A stretch of DNA of 64,000 nt from an uncultured candidatus Porisulfidus sp. (GCA_965221375.1 OZ244883.1:1444163-1508162), one strand, 5' to 3'; positions 18,242-29,426 are shown, counted from the stretch's first letter. Numbers and translations are program-made. Notes: generated by a model not told the origin, from the sequence alone.

Positions 18242-19345
18242 ATGGAAATCTATCTTGTCGGGGGAGCGGTCCGCGATCAACTGCTGGGACTTCCTGCGGA
18301 AGAACGTGACTGGGTCGTGGTCGGCGCCACACCCGAAGAGATGACCGCACTGGGTTACCGTCCGGTGGGACGCGATTTCCCGGTGTTTCTGCATCCGAGA
18401 ACCAACGAAGAATACGCGCTGGCGCGCACCGAACGTAAAACAGGGCGCGGCTATCGCGGCTTTTCATTTCAAGCCAGTCCTGACGTCACTCTGGTCGAGG
18501 ATCTTCAGCGGCGTGATTTGACGATCAACGCCATCGCCCAAGATGAATCAGGTCAGCTTATCGACCCCTACGGCGGGCAACGCGACCTGGAAGACCGGTT
18601 GCTACGGCATGTCTCGTCTGCTTTCAACGAAGACCCGGTGCGGGCACTTCGGGTGGCCCGTTTCGCAGCCCGTTTTCAACCCTTGGGGTTTCGCATTGCC
18701 GAAGAGACTCGCGAACGGATGCGCGAAATGGTGCGCAGCGGCGAGATGACTGCCTTGATTCCGGAACGGGTTTTTCAGGAACTGCGCCGCGCATTGATGG
18801 AGCCTGCTCCTCAGGTATTTGTGGAGGTGCTGGTCGACTGCGGTGCCTGGTCGATCATTTTCCCTTTGCTGACTCAACCGCAACGAAGCGCGCGACTGCT
18901 GCTGCAGGCAGCAAAAGATGATCTGCCGGAGTCCGCCCGTTTCTCCTGCCTCTCGCTAGACGCCAAATCTGTTGCCTCCTGGTGCAAAGCGATTAAAGCA
19001 CCTCGCGACTTCACTCAAGCCAGCCAACTGTTGCATGAACATCTGGCGGACTGGCGCAATTTAAGCGTCGAAGATCCGTCGGCAATTTTGGACCTTATCG
19101 CAGCCACGGATGGCATTCGACGTCCGGAACGTTTTGAAGCATTCTGCCGGACTGCGCAAACCGTCGACACGGTGGATGAGCGTCGAGATGCCCGCAAGGA
19201 AGAAATCCTGGAAGCTGCGCAGGCGGCCGTGTTGAATTGTGACGAACAAGCGGCAGCGAATCAAGAAAGTGGACAACCAATTCCCGAGCTTATTCGTGCT
19301 GCACGTCTGGAAGCCGTGCGTCAAGCCCTTCAAGCATATCGTTGA
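18242..19345 (+). CDS. cca: tRNA nucleotidyltransferase (CCA-adding enzyme), short form without HD domain
   Basis: [31 protein letters not shown] and [15 protein letters not shown] motifs. Confidence 0.95.
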   Translation: MEIYLVGGAVRDQLLGLPAEERDWVVVGATPEEMTALGYRPVGRDFPVFLHPRTNEEYALARTERKTGRGYRGFSFQASPDVTLVEDLQRRDLTINAIAQDESGQLIDPYGGQRDLEDRLLRHVSSAFNEDPVRALRVARFAARFQPLGFRIAEETRERMREMVRSGEMTALIPERVFQELRRALMEPAPQVFVEVLVDCGAWSIIFPLLTQPQRSARLLLQAAKDDLPESARFSCLSLDAKSVASWCKAIKAPRDFTQASQLLHEHLADWRNLSVEDPSAILDLIAATDGIRRPERFEAFCRTAQTVDTVDERRDARKEEILEAAQAAVLNCDEQAAANQESGQPIPELIRAARLEAVRQALQAYR

Positions 19346-19381
19346 TGTCGCGATATTTCTCCTTCAAATAAAATTACCAAC

Positions 19382-19810
19382 GTGCGTCTTTGGAGCATTC
19401 ACCCCAAACATCTTGACACCCGTGGGCTGGTTGCTCTTTGGCGGGAAGGCCTGCTCGCCCAAGCCGTCCTGAGGAATGAGACGAAAGGGTATCGGCACCA
19501 CCCCCAGCTGAACCGGTTTCGCGCCCAGTCTTCGCCGATTGCGTTCATTGCCGAATATCTCAAGGCCGTGCATGCCGAGTCGGTCGAACGCGGCTTCAAG
19601 TTCGATGCGGGAAAGATCGCGAAAAGCGGCACGAAAAAACAAATTGATGTGCCGAAAGGCCAGATTGATTTCGAATGGGGTCACCTCACTACCAAACTCG
19701 AAACGCGCGCACCCGAGTGGCTCCAGGAACAAGCAAAGATTTCCAAGCCGTCGGTTCACCCGTTGTTTCGAGTGGTGCCTGGCGGTGTGGCGGACTGGGA
19801 GCGACCGTGA
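19382..19810 (+). CDS. Pyrimidine-dimer DNA glycosylase / endonuclease V family protein
   Basis: MRLWSIHPKHLD.RGLVALWREGLLAQAVL...GYRHHPQL family signature; GTG start. Confidence 0.85.
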   Translation: MRLWSIHPKHLDTRGLVALWREGLLAQAVLRNETKGYRHHPQLNRFRAQSSPIAFIAEYLKAVHAESVERGFKFDAGKIAKSGTKKQIDVPKGQIDFEWGHLTTKLETRAPEWLQEQAKISKPSVHPLFRVVPGGVADWERP

Positions 19811-19844
19811 CCCGTTCCTGGTTCGATTGGCTCCAAAAAGAATC

Positions 19845-20636
19845 TTAGAAAAATAACAACAGCACTCCCCCCAAAATCACCCGATAGATGACAAAGGGCC
19901 ACATGCCGATCGCCTCAATCAATCGCAAGAAGAAGTGAATGCATAGCCATGCCGCCAGTCCCGCAATAACAGCCCCCAACAACAACATGCCCCATTCCGT
20001 CGGTTGTGGGGAACGCACGGAGTAATCCAAAGACAACACACCCGCCGCCGCAATCGTCGGTATGGCCAGCAAAAATGCTACCCGCGCAGCCGCTGTTCGC
20101 TGCAGACCCAGCACCAACCCCGCAGTCATGACGATACCGGCTCGCGACACCCCAGGAGCCAACGCCAAGCACTGTGCTAACCCAATCCATATTGCGTCGC
20201 TCCAGCGTAATTGCTCCACCTGCCGTTCCCTGGAACCGCGCCAGTCTGCCAGACCCAGCAAAATTCCAAAACCCAGCGTTGTCCAGCCGATGAAATGGAT
20301 GGTTCGCCAATCCGTTTGAACAACATCAAACAATGCTACGCCGGCAATGAGAATCGGGAGAGTCGCCAACACCAACCACACCGCCAAACGACGGGAAGCC
20401 GCAGCTTCCGGAGTGACGCCGCCGACAACCGCGCAAGCCATACCTTTCAACTCTTTCCGAAAATACGTCAACATCGCCAGTAAGGTCCCCACATGCACCG
20501 CAACATCAAATGCGTGTCCCTGATCTTCCCAACCCATTAAGACCGGCACCAGAATCAAATGCGCAGAACTGGAAATAGGCAGAAACTCAGTCAGTCCCTG
20601 CAGCAAAGCCAAAACCAGAACTTCAAGCCAATTCAT
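19845..20636 (-). CDS. uppP: Undecaprenyl-diphosphate phosphatase
   Basis: QGLTEFLPISSSAH and PGVSRAG motifs. Confidence 0.95.
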   Translation of the reverse strand: MNWLEVLVLALLQGLTEFLPISSSAHLILVPVLMGWEDQGHAFDVAVHVGTLLAMLTYFRKELKGMACAVVGGVTPEAAASRRLAVWLVLATLPILIAGVALFDVVQTDWRTIHFIGWTTLGFGILLGLADWRGSRERQVEQLRWSDAIWIGLAQCLALAPGVSRAGIVMTAGLVLGLQRTAAARVAFLLAIPTIAAAGVLSLDYSVRSPQPTEWGMLLLGAVIAGLAAWLCIHFFLRLIEAIGMWPFVIYRVILGGVLLLFF

Positions 20637-21748
20637 TACAGTCGATTAAGGTGGTCCGGGCATACAGTCGTCTCGAGACCTGCTGGATAATCACGGCCCA
20701 AGACCAAAGCCCTGAAACGTTCTCCCATTTTGTCGGGGCTTGTCAACGTATCGACCTCGCCAAGTTGCTGCAGGTGTTCTACCGGAGAACTTGGCGGCTC
20801 CATCGCTTCCAGCAAGCCGTATTCCAGCAAAAAGCCCGCTTGTGATGTGAACAACATCACGTCAAAGCCTGCCTCTGTTGCCAATTCAGCAAGACTGGAG
20901 AATTCGACATCAATGCTGATGTCCTGATGTCCAGGCCGCTGCAGCGGATCTTCGTGGGCTTGGTGAGCAATATGGCAGCGAAGTGTTCCATCACTGCGTT
21001 GCGGATGATAGTACTCTCGGCGCGGGTAACCATAATCCAAGATTAACACCAAACCCCGTTGCATGGAACGGTCCAGTTCCTGCAGCCAGTGGACGTATGC
21101 TTCATGTCGCCATTCCGAGCGATAACCTATCGGCGGGCGATAACCCACCTCCGAAAATATTTTTTCGGCTGCGTTTTGAATCGTTTTTGAATCCCGAAGT
21201 GTCCAACATAACTCATCACTTTCCTGATGCACGCTCACCATTCTCTCGCACACACCCGTATCTGTCACTTCAAAACAGCGTGCCGGCAGCGCGTCTAAAA
21301 ATTCATTTGCCAACACCACCCCTTCAAACCCCTTTGGCAAAGTGTCCGCATGGTGTACCTCCTGAGGATGCAGGTGCCGCAGGCGGGTGGAGCGCTCAAT
21401 CATCCAGTAGGTGCTCGGCGGTGAGTCAAGTCGGCCCAAAACTTTCTGTGCCAAATCCCCATTCCCGGGGCCGTATTCGGCAATTGCACCACCCGGCAAG
21501 ACCGTCAGCACCTCACTGCAGAAGCGGGCGACGCACCGGGCAAACAAGTCTCCTAATCCGGGAGCGGTGACAAAATCCCCTTTCTCCCCGAATACCGGCT
21601 CTGCGCACTCGTAATAACCGAATTTTGGCGCATACAAGGCCTGTTCCATATATTCGTCGAAACGTAACGCACCCTGTTGGCGAATCCGTTTTGCCAGCAG
21701 TGTCTGCAAGTCATCAGGGACGACTGCCGACTTTAGTACGCTTGCCAT
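20636..21748 (-). CDS. SAM-dependent methyltransferase, MidA/NDUFAF7 family
   Basis: YMEQALYAPKFGYY, GDFVTAP, ANEFLDALP, DYGY and PGHQDI motifs. Confidence 0.9.
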   Translation of the reverse strand: MASVLKSAVVPDDLQTLLAKRIRQQGALRFDEYMEQALYAPKFGYYECAEPVFGEKGDFVTAPGLGDLFARCVARFCSEVLTVLPGGAIAEYGPGNGDLAQKVLGRLDSPPSTYWMIERSTRLRHLHPQEVHHADTLPKGFEGVVLANEFLDALPARCFEVTDTGVCERMVSVHQESDELCWTLRDSKTIQNAAEKIFSEVGYRPPIGYRSEWRHEAYVHWLQELDRSMQRGLVLILDYGYPRREYYHPQRSDGTLRCHIAHQAHEDPLQRPGHQDISIDVEFSSLAELATEAGFDVMLFTSQAGFLLEYGLLEAMEPPSSPVEHLQQLGEVDTLTSPDKMGERFRALVLGRDYPAGLETTVCPDHLNRL

Positions 21749-21797
21749 TCGCTTATTATGTACATTACGAAGAGGGGAACTACCAAAGAAATGACGG

Positions 21798-22550
21798 ATG
21801 AACACTGGCGGCCTTGAAGACAGAACCGTTTTAATCACCGGGGCGGCACGACGCATCGGCGCCGAAATCGCCCGCACCCTTCATCAGGCCGGCGCCAACA
21901 TCGCTCTACACTGCCGCAGCTCTTTTGGTGAGGCCCAAAAGCTGGCTGACGAACTGGAGAATCAACGCTCCCAATCGGTCGCAATTATCACCGCAGAGCT
22001 GTCCGAGCCACAAAGCGCCTATTCCGTGATCAGTGCCACGCTTCAGTCATTTCAGCGACTGGATGCCGTGGTCAACAATGCCGCCCTGTTCGAATCCGGC
22101 GGATGGTCGCCGGCAGATCTTGAGCAATGGGAAAAACTTCAGGCGATTAATGTGCGCGCGCCTTGGCTGTTGACGGAAGCCGCCCGCTCACACTTGAGCG
22201 ATGCCAAAGGCTGTGTTGTTAATCTGCTGGATATCTACGCGGCCCGCCCTTTGCGCGGCTATCTTTCTTACAGTACCAGTCAGACGGCCTTATTGGGTCT
22301 GACTCGTACCATGGCGATGGAGCTTGCCCCCGAAGTGCGGGTCAACGGTATCGCACCAGGGGCCATTCTCTGGCCTGATGAAGACGATGGCCGCGACCGT
22401 CAGGCGATTGTGGACAGCACGGCCCTCAAACGCCTCGGAAATCCCGCCGATATTGCGGCGGCAGCATTATTTCTTATCCGGGATGCCCGCTATATGACCG
22501 GCGAGATTTTGACCGTTGACGGCGGTCGCAGTCTCACTCCATGGCTCTGA
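21798..22550 (+). CDS. Pteridine reductase (FolM/PTR1-like SDR)
   Basis: ITGAARRIG, VNNA and VRVNGIAPGAIL motifs; adjacent to folK and folB. Confidence 0.88.
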   Translation: MNTGGLEDRTVLITGAARRIGAEIARTLHQAGANIALHCRSSFGEAQKLADELENQRSQSVAIITAELSEPQSAYSVISATLQSFQRLDAVVNNAALFESGGWSPADLEQWEKLQAINVRAPWLLTEAARSHLSDAKGCVVNLLDIYAARPLRGYLSYSTSQTALLGLTRTMAMELAPEVRVNGIAPGAILWPDEDDGRDRQAIVDSTALKRLGNPADIAAAALFLIRDARYMTGEILTVDGGRSLTPWL

Positions 22551-23027
22551 CACCGCTCGCACGGTCGCCGCATTTTCGCGCTGCCATTGCTGCCACAACT
22601 CGGCGATGGTCACACCAATAACTGGGTGCCGCTGTTCGCCCCCAATTTCCGCCAAAGGCCCCAACACAAAATCCTGATGCAGAATGTCGTCATGCGGCAG
22701 CGACAGAAGATCATCATCCACCACCCAGTCGTCGTACATCAATACATCCAGATCGATCGTGCGTGACACAAAGCGATCTTCACTGCGCACCCGGTCCAGA
22801 CGCGCCTCAATTTCGCGCAAGTCGTCATTCACTGCATACGGGGTATCGGAGGCCTCAAACAAAACCACCATGTTGTAGAAATCAGCCCCCTCAAAGCCCT
22901 GCGCGGGAGACTCATACAGCGAGGAGCGGGTCAATTCTCCGTAACGCGCCTGCAGATGTTCCAAGGCTTGCGGGACTTTGCGCTCTCGATCAATATTGCT
23001 CCCCACACTGACAAACACTCGCGCCAT
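22467..23027 (-). CDS. folK: 6-hydroxymethyl-7,8-dihydropterin pyrophosphokinase
   Basis: VSVGSNI, SRTIDLDVL, LPH and FVLGPLAEI motifs. Confidence 0.93.
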   Translation of the reverse strand: MARVFVSVGSNIDRERKVPQALEHLQARYGELTRSSLYESPAQGFEGADFYNMVVLFEASDTPYAVNDDLREIEARLDRVRSEDRFVSRTIDLDVLMYDDWVVDDDLLSLPHDDILHQDFVLGPLAEIGGEQRHPVIGVTIAELWQQWQRENAATVRAVSEPWSETATAVNGQNLAGHIAGIPDKK

Positions 23028-23377
23028 TACTCCCCCCGCTCAATGATCACACCCACCTCTTGGGCCGTGCGAACGGCATATGGTTTGGAGATCTGCACCC
23101 GCACCCAGGGAACCTCAAACTCCTGACGCACCACACTGGCCACTTCTTCCGCCAGCGACTCCACCAGGCGATATTCGCTGGCTTCCACCAGTTCCACAAT
23201 GCGCTGGCTGATTGCCTTGTAGTCAACCGTATCTTCCAAAGCGTCATTGGCCGCCGCTTTCACGGCATCCGCACGCAAATCCAAGTCCAACACAAGAGTC
23301 TGACGAATTTGACGCTCCCATTCAAATACCCCTACCGTGGCCTTTGCTTTCAAGCCCCTTATAAACACTGTATCCAT
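23027..23377 (-). CDS. folB: Dihydroneopterin aldolase
   Basis: MDTVFIRGL..VGVFEWER..DTVDY..LVESLAE..KP..VGVIIER. Confidence 0.95.
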   Translation of the reverse strand: MDTVFIRGLKAKATVGVFEWERQIRQTLVLDLDLRADAVKAAANDALEDTVDYKAISQRIVELVEASEYRLVESLAEEVASVVRQEFEVPWVRVQISKPYAVRTAQEVGVIIERGE

Positions 23378-23444
23378 AAGGCTTAATGTAGCATAGCCCC
23401 CTTTGTGAAGTACAATTTGATACTTCAAATAATCTTCCCATCGT

Positions 23445-23532
<88 letters not shown>

Positions 23533-23599
23533 CTCACAATGTGAAAGGCGCGTTTTACCGTCGACTTGCCCTTTCTTTAATTTGACAAGCACCCTTCAG

Positions 23600-24358
23600 A
23601 TGCTCCCCAAATCCTTCCAACCGAACGGCACTTATGAGTGCGTCCGTCTGGGCAAAGACAATGACGGCGGGTATCTTGTTGAAACCCAATCAATCCAAAA
23701 AGCGCATCATCTCCTTTCGTTTGGTCTGTGCGATGACTGGTCCTTTGAAAAAGATTTTCTGAAACGACACGAGGTGCCATTAGACGCCTACGATCACACC
23801 TTGACCAAAAAGTTTTTGCTCGGCAGGTGGGTGTTGACCTTTTTGAAAATGTTTATTTTCCGGAAATCGATTTTTTCGGTTTTCCGAAATTTTTGGAAAT
23901 TCCTGGATTACTTGGCGTTTTTCCGCAAAGACCGTAATCACCATCGAAAAAAAATAGGTTACGACTCCACTTCATCGCTGTCTTTGGATCGTATCTTGAC
24001 CGATACGGTTCACGACTTCCCATTATTTTTAAAGGCCGATATTGAAGGTGGGGAATACCGAATTTTAGACAGCTTACTGACTCATTCCGAGAAGGTATGC
24101 GGGCTGGTCATTGAATTCCACGACGTGGACCTTCACCAGCGCAGGATTGAAAAATTTATCGAGTCTTTTCCCCTCGAATTGGTGCATATCCATGGCAATA
24201 ACTGTGGGGATTCCGATCCAGCCGGAGACCCTGTCACTTTAGAAATGACCTTTGCCCACAATCCTCGGAAAGTTTCCGATGAGATTTCCCTGCCTCATGT
24301 TTTGGATCAACCCAATACCCCCAAACAAAAAGAAGTTGTGTTGAGATTTGAACAATAA
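23600..24358 (+). CDS. FkbM-like methyltransferase
   Basis: RLGKDNDGGY, LLSFG..DDWSFE, LKADIEGGEY, IEFH and HIHGNN motifs; AT-richer than the flanking genes. Confidence 0.75.
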   Translation: MLPKSFQPNGTYECVRLGKDNDGGYLVETQSIQKAHHLLSFGLCDDWSFEKDFLKRHEVPLDAYDHTLTKKFLLGRWVLTFLKMFIFRKSIFSVFRNFWKFLDYLAFFRKDRNHHRKKIGYDSTSSLSLDRILTDTVHDFPLFLKADIEGGEYRILDSLLTHSEKVCGLVIEFHDVDLHQRRIEKFIESFPLELVHIHGNNCGDSDPAGDPVTLEMTFAHNPRKVSDEISLPHVLDQPNTPKQKEVVLRFEQ

Positions 24359-24460
24359 CTGAAATTTGAAACCCTTTGCGCCGCACACCCTCCTGATTCG
24401 TCAAGGCCACTTCTTACATTCCCATTAGGCCGCATATTCAAAAAATGTCCAGGAAATTGA

Positions 24461-25543
24461 ATGATGCCTGACACCCTCTCTACGGACGACACCGGCTCTG
24501 CTTGCCAGAAAATTTTGATTGTGGCCGACACCTCTGTCGGGGATGTGGTCCTGAATCAAATTCTGTACATGCTATTGAAAAATTATTATCCTTCAGTAGA
24601 CATCGATGTGGTCGCGCCCCCATGGGCGGACAACCTGCTTCGGCGGATGCCGCAAGTGAACCGGCACATTGCTATTGCCGGCAAAATCGAAAGTCACGGA
24701 CTTCTACGGAAATGGATGATGGGGCGAAGCCTGCGCGGGCAATACGATCAAGCCATCGTCATCCCACGCACCTCTCGATCCGCCATGATTCCGTGGTTCG
24801 CCCATGTCTCTACCCGTATCGGTTATGCCCGAAAAAGACGCCTGTGGTTGATTAATGATTCTCGGGAATACCCTTTTTATATCGGAGACAGAATGGCGCG
24901 CCTGGCGCCGCTCGAAATGACTCTGCCCTCTTCACTGCCTCGCCCCAAACTTCAAATCGATTCGACCGAGGTGATTGAAACCTCCAAAAGATTTGAGCTT
25001 GCCTACGGGGAAAAGCGAAACATCATCGGGCTGGTGCCCGGCGCCACCAGTAATCCGATGAAAAATCCTGCCAAACGCTGGCCCATTGAGGCGTACGCCG
25101 CTTTGGCAAAAATGCTAGTGGATGAAGGCTCCCAGGTATGCGTGCTCGGCACGGACCGGGAACGCTCCCTTGGAGAAGTGATTACCGCGGTTGCGTCCCA
25201 TCAAATCGTAAATTTGTGTGGGGAAACCTCATTGGATGACGCCATTAATTTAATTGCCGGATTGAACTGCCTGGTCAGTAATGACTCTGGATTGATGCAT
25301 GTTGCGGCGGCTGTGGATACGCCCGTTGTGGGCATTTATGGGTCGACCAGTCCCAACGTGTGCCCTCCCCACACAGACAAGAGGGCTATATGTTCCATAC
25401 GCACCCTATGCAGTCCTTGTCGTCAGCATTCGTGCCCTTATCAACATCACGCCTGCATGACGTCGATTTCTCCGGGCATGGTGCATGAGGCTATGCGCGA
25501 ATTACTTGATGGAAAAACGAAAAAACTTGTCCAAGATTTCTGA
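24461..25543 (+). CDS. waaF: GT9 ADP-heptose:LPS heptosyltransferase (WaaF-like)
   Basis: VGDVV, PAKRWP, NLCGETSL, SNDSGLMHVAAA and CSPC motifs. Confidence 0.82.
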   Translation: MMPDTLSTDDTGSACQKILIVADTSVGDVVLNQILYMLLKNYYPSVDIDVVAPPWADNLLRRMPQVNRHIAIAGKIESHGLLRKWMMGRSLRGQYDQAIVIPRTSRSAMIPWFAHVSTRIGYARKRRLWLINDSREYPFYIGDRMARLAPLEMTLPSSLPRPKLQIDSTEVIETSKRFELAYGEKRNIIGLVPGATSNPMKNPAKRWPIEAYAALAKMLVDEGSQVCVLGTDRERSLGEVITAVASHQIVNLCGETSLDDAINLIAGLNCLVSNDSGLMHVAAAVDTPVVGIYGSTSPNVCPPHTDKRAICSIRTLCSPCRQHSCPYQHHACMTSISPGMVHEAMRELLDGKTKKLVQDF

Positions 25544-25733
25544 TGAAACCTCGGCTCCCGTAATTTTCTATACACCAATAACTTTGGAGTGTCGTTTTCT
25601 GCAAATTATTTCGAGCACTTGTCAATTTGTGCCATTACCCCTAATAAACTCTGGGGTTTCTGCAGGAATTGTCAAGTCGAAAATCTCGAATATGGCTCAA
25701 AGCAATAAGAAGTGCATTGCGTCTACTTGCTAT

Positions 25734-26780
25734 TCAGAAGATGGTCCCCAAGGATCGGTACAACGCCACATAACTCTGTGCCATGATTTGGGGGCTGAAT
25801 TCCAGTCCTCGAGCCTTGGCTTCTTGCGAAAGACTTTTTTGACGTTCTGGAGATTCGTACAAGCGGATTAATGCATCAGCCAATGCTTCCGCATCCCCCG
25901 GAGGCACCAAAATTCCACAACTATCCGTAATCACATCCGGAATGCCACCCGCTCGGCTGGCTATTACGGGAACACCTGTCTTGAGTACATCCAACAATAT
26001 GGAACCCAGTCCTTCCATCAAAGAGGGAAAAGCAAACGCGTTGAACGCCGGGATCCATGTGAACGGTTCGGGCACCCAGCCGGCGAAATCCACATTTTGC
26101 AAATCACTTGCCTGTTGCTGCAACCGCGCCTCCAACCTGCCGCCTCCCAGCAGTAGAAACTGCACTGCCGGACATTCTTTCTGCACGATTCGAGCCGCCT
26201 GCAGCAGTATGTGGTGGCCTTTATTTTCATCGTCCATCGCCGCAATATGTCCGACCAAAAATTTATCTTTGTAGCGGCCCTTGATGTCTTCCACAATCTC
26301 CGCATCCGCTTCACTTGGAGTCCATGCCGAGGGAATACGCGCAATGGGCACATGCGCGCACCGTTCTCGGGTTCGTGTTTCAATAACTGAAGAAAGGGCT
26401 ACCACCGTTTTGGCGTTTTTATACATGGCTTTGGTATAGAAACTGTTGCCAATCCGGTTGTCGACCCGGCGCGTAATAATGTAACGGCCTCCCAGCATGG
26501 TTGCCGCATAGGCGGCTTGAGCAGCATGGGCTTCGTGGGCGTGAATCAGATCAGATTTACGGCAAGCCAACATTCCGGCAAAACGGTTATTGACTCGACA
26601 GATGTGCAGGTTCGGCACATCGTCCATACGATTTGCCAAAGGACCGCGCCGCAGTATTACCAATCGCTGTCGAGGCAGGATATTGGCCAACTCCCTCACT
26701 AATAGCTCGGTTTGACGTTCTCCGCCTCGGAGCTTCGAATCGCGCGCCAAATTTACATGACAGATGGAAGCATACTGCAT
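25734..26780 (-). CDS. GT4-family glycosyltransferase
   Basis: RGGERQ, FPSLMEGLG..LLD, PVIASRAGGIPDVI and GILVPPGD motifs. Confidence 0.92.
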   Translation of the reverse strand: MQYASICHVNLARDSKLRGGERQTELLVRELANILPRQRLVILRRGPLANRMDDVPNLHICRVNNRFAGMLACRKSDLIHAHEAHAAQAAYAATMLGGRYIITRRVDNRIGNSFYTKAMYKNAKTVVALSSVIETRTRERCAHVPIARIPSAWTPSEADAEIVEDIKGRYKDKFLVGHIAAMDDENKGHHILLQAARIVQKECPAVQFLLLGGGRLEARLQQQASDLQNVDFAGWVPEPFTWIPAFNAFAFPSLMEGLGSILLDVLKTGVPVIASRAGGIPDVITDSCGILVPPGDAEALADALIRLYESPERQKSLSQEAKARGLEFSPQIMAQSYVALYRSLGTIF

Positions 26781-26900
26781 AAGAAACCCATTACATTTTT
26801 TTACTAGTTTGCTAGAATCGAATATGAATAAATTATAAAAGTTACGGTTTTGTATGCCGCCGAATAACTGATACAGAACTCACGGCACGAATTCCCACAA

Positions 26901-29405
26901 ATGAGCCTTTCTCCAATCACGCCTGATGAAATCGCCGCTTGGCCCGGTAAAAAAATCGAGGACATTTACCATCCTGCCCTATGGCATATGTTGGATGTCG
27001 GAGCTGTAGCCACCAAAATTACGGAGCATCGCCCATTAACGCCGAGGAATGATTGGGACCACGCTTTCGTATTGTTGGCGGCCCTACATGATTTAGGAAA
27101 AATAAGCAATTGCTTCCGTAATATGATATGTGGACGCGAATATAAACCCATTCCTCACTGGCAATTGAGTTTCCGTCTACTAAAAGACAATGATGATTTG
27201 GTGTGCGCCAAACTGGGAGGCAATAAAACTGTCCGACAGCAATTATATGCGTCCGTCGCAGGACACCACGGTGGTCCTCCTTCAAATGATGAACATAGAG
27301 AACTTAGGAAAAAGCGAGAAGCAATCGGAACAGACGCGACTAGGGTGGCGAAAAAAACCATTGCCACCATGTTGGATCTTTTTCCAAACGCTTCTCTTGA
27401 TGGACTAAGTGAGCAAAAAGCAAAGGGTCTGAGTTGGACGCTATCTGGTTTTACTGTTCAAGCCGATTGGATTGGTTCAAATTCTGATTGGTTCCCTGCT
27501 TATTCTGCCGACATAAAAATCAGCACTTACTGGAGAAATACTTTAGAGCGAGCCCAAAAGGCCATTGCTAAAGCTGGTCTGCATCATGCAACACCAACTA
27601 CGGACGCGAAAGTTCTCCAACCTGAGAAAACACTGCGCCCAATGCAGAAAGCAGTTCTTGATATTTGTATCGATGAAGGCCCTACTATGGTGCTTATTGA
27701 AGATGCAACGGGATCCGGTAAAACCGAAGCAGCTCTAATGCTCGCATCTAGGATGATGGCGCTAGATAAAGGCAGCGGAATATTTTTTGCGTTGCCGACA
27801 ATGGCAACATCAAACGCAATGTTAGACCGTCTGGAAAAAATCGTGCCCAAACTATTTGAAGGTCGTCCATCTTTAGCTCTTACTCACGGACAATCAAAAC
27901 AAAATACATTATTTCGAAAGCTTATTGGTAAAGATGGCTCGGACCCTAATGAACCAGTCACATGTGGCCAATGGCTGGCAGATGATCGGCGCCGCGTTCT
28001 TCTCGCAGATGTTGGAGTTGGAACTATCGATCAAGCATTGATGGCGGTGCTACCAACGCGGTTCAACGCATTACGGCTTTGGGCTCTTTCCAAATCCATT
28101 TTGATTGTAGACGAAGCACATGGATACGATCCGTACATGGAGCAGGAACTGTGCCAATTGCTTCAGTTTCAGGCCATGTTAGGAGGATCTGTAATTTTGA
28201 TGACCGCAACATTGCCGAAAAAAATGCGTGACAAGTATAGTGTTGCGTTTCAAAAAGGACTTGATGTTGAATTTTCTAAACAGATTACAAATGATGCCTA
28301 CCCCCTGTTGACTTCTGTCGGACAACAAATTACAGAATATAAGCCGGCTCCGGCTGCAGAAGTCTGCAGAAGTGTAAAAATATTGCGCATAGATTCGGAA
28401 AGTGCGGTAGAAATTTTGTATGAAAGTGCCGCGCGAGGAGCTACTTGTGTTTGGGTCCGAAATGCGATTGATGATGCAATTTCTGCTGTTCAACAACTTC
28501 GCAATGCAGGTGTCCAGTCAGAGCTTCTGCATTCCCGTTTCACAGTAGCCGATCGTGTTTCCAAAGAAACATCTATTCAAGAAAAAATTGGGTATTTTGG
28601 TCAAAGACCTAAGGGATATGTTTTAGTTGCTACACAAGTAGTAGAAGCATCTCTCGATTTAGATTTTGACGTAATGATCTCCGATCTTGCACCAATAGGG
28701 GCTTTAATTCAACGCACTGGGCGACTATGGAGACATATGGATGTTCGTCCTGCTACTGTCAGACCTGTCAAGAAGCCGGAACTCTATGTTGTATCCCCCA
28801 ATCCGGCACACGTAAAAGATAAACATTGGTTATCGAAAATGTTACCATCTGGTGCTTGGGTATACCCACTAGATCAGCAATGGAGAACAATAAAAGTTCT
28901 TCTCGAAACTGGAGAAATCTGCACTCCGGGCGGATTACACAACCTGATTGAAGCTGTTCACGGAGAGGACCTTATTGATGTTCCGGAAGCACTTCGAACG
29001 GTGGAATCGGAAACATTCGGCCAGCATATGGCCGAGCGGCAGCAAGCACAAAGTATGTTGCTAAGACCTTGTAGCTATTCCGAGTCTGCTCAAAAAGTTT
29101 TTGAGGAAGAAAAACTTCAGACACGTCTAGGAGAACCTCAAATCACCCTTCGATTAGCCCGCGAAAGTCAAGATGGCTTGGTACCACTAGCAGAAAATTG
29201 GATTCTTTCCGAAGTGAAGGTGTCTGCCAAACGCTATTCGAAACTCGATGGTATTGATCAAAGCGATCCTGATATTGCCGTAGTGCGTAATAAACTGCCT
29301 AAGTGGCAACGTCGTGGAATTTATATTGCCCCTGTAAAACCATCTGGCGAAATTTGTTCAGGTTTAAGATACGACAATGAATATGGGTTGATTATTACAT
29401 CTTAA
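26901..29405 (+). CDS. cas3: CRISPR-associated helicase/nuclease Cas3 (type I-E)
   Basis: HMLDV and HDLGK (HD nuclease), GHHG, TGSGKT, DEAH, TAT, ATQVVEASLDLD and QRTGRLWRH motifs. Confidence 0.97.
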   Translation: MSLSPITPDEIAAWPGKKIEDIYHPALWHMLDVGAVATKITEHRPLTPRNDWDHAFVLLAALHDLGKISNCFRNMICGREYKPIPHWQLSFRLLKDNDDLVCAKLGGNKTVRQQLYASVAGHHGGPPSNDEHRELRKKREAIGTDATRVAKKTIATMLDLFPNASLDGLSEQKAKGLSWTLSGFTVQADWIGSNSDWFPAYSADIKISTYWRNTLERAQKAIAKAGLHHATPTTDAKVLQPEKTLRPMQKAVLDICIDEGPTMVLIEDATGSGKTEAALMLASRMMALDKGSGIFFALPTMATSNAMLDRLEKIVPKLFEGRPSLALTHGQSKQNTLFRKLIGKDGSDPNEPVTCGQWLADDRRRVLLADVGVGTIDQALMAVLPTRFNALRLWALSKSILIVDEAHGYDPYMEQELCQLLQFQAMLGGSVILMTATLPKKMRDKYSVAFQKGLDVEFSKQITNDAYPLLTSVGQQITEYKPAPAAEVCRSVKILRIDSESAVEILYESAARGATCVWVRNAIDDAISAVQQLRNAGVQSELLHSRFTVADRVSKETSIQEKIGYFGQRPKGYVLVATQVVEASLDLDFDVMISDLAPIGALIQRTGRLWRHMDVRPATVRPVKKPELYVVSPNPAHVKDKHWLSKMLPSGAWVYPLDQQWRTIKVLLETGEICTPGGLHNLIEAVHGEDLIDVPEALRTVESETFGQHMAERQQAQSMLLRPCSYSESAQKVFEEEKLQTRLGEPQITLRLARESQDGLVPLAENWILSEVKVSAKRYSKLDGIDQSDPDIAVVRNKLPKWQRRGIYIAPVKPSGEICSGLRYDNEYGLIITS

Positions 29406-29426
29406 CTTTCCGAACTTTTCACCAAT

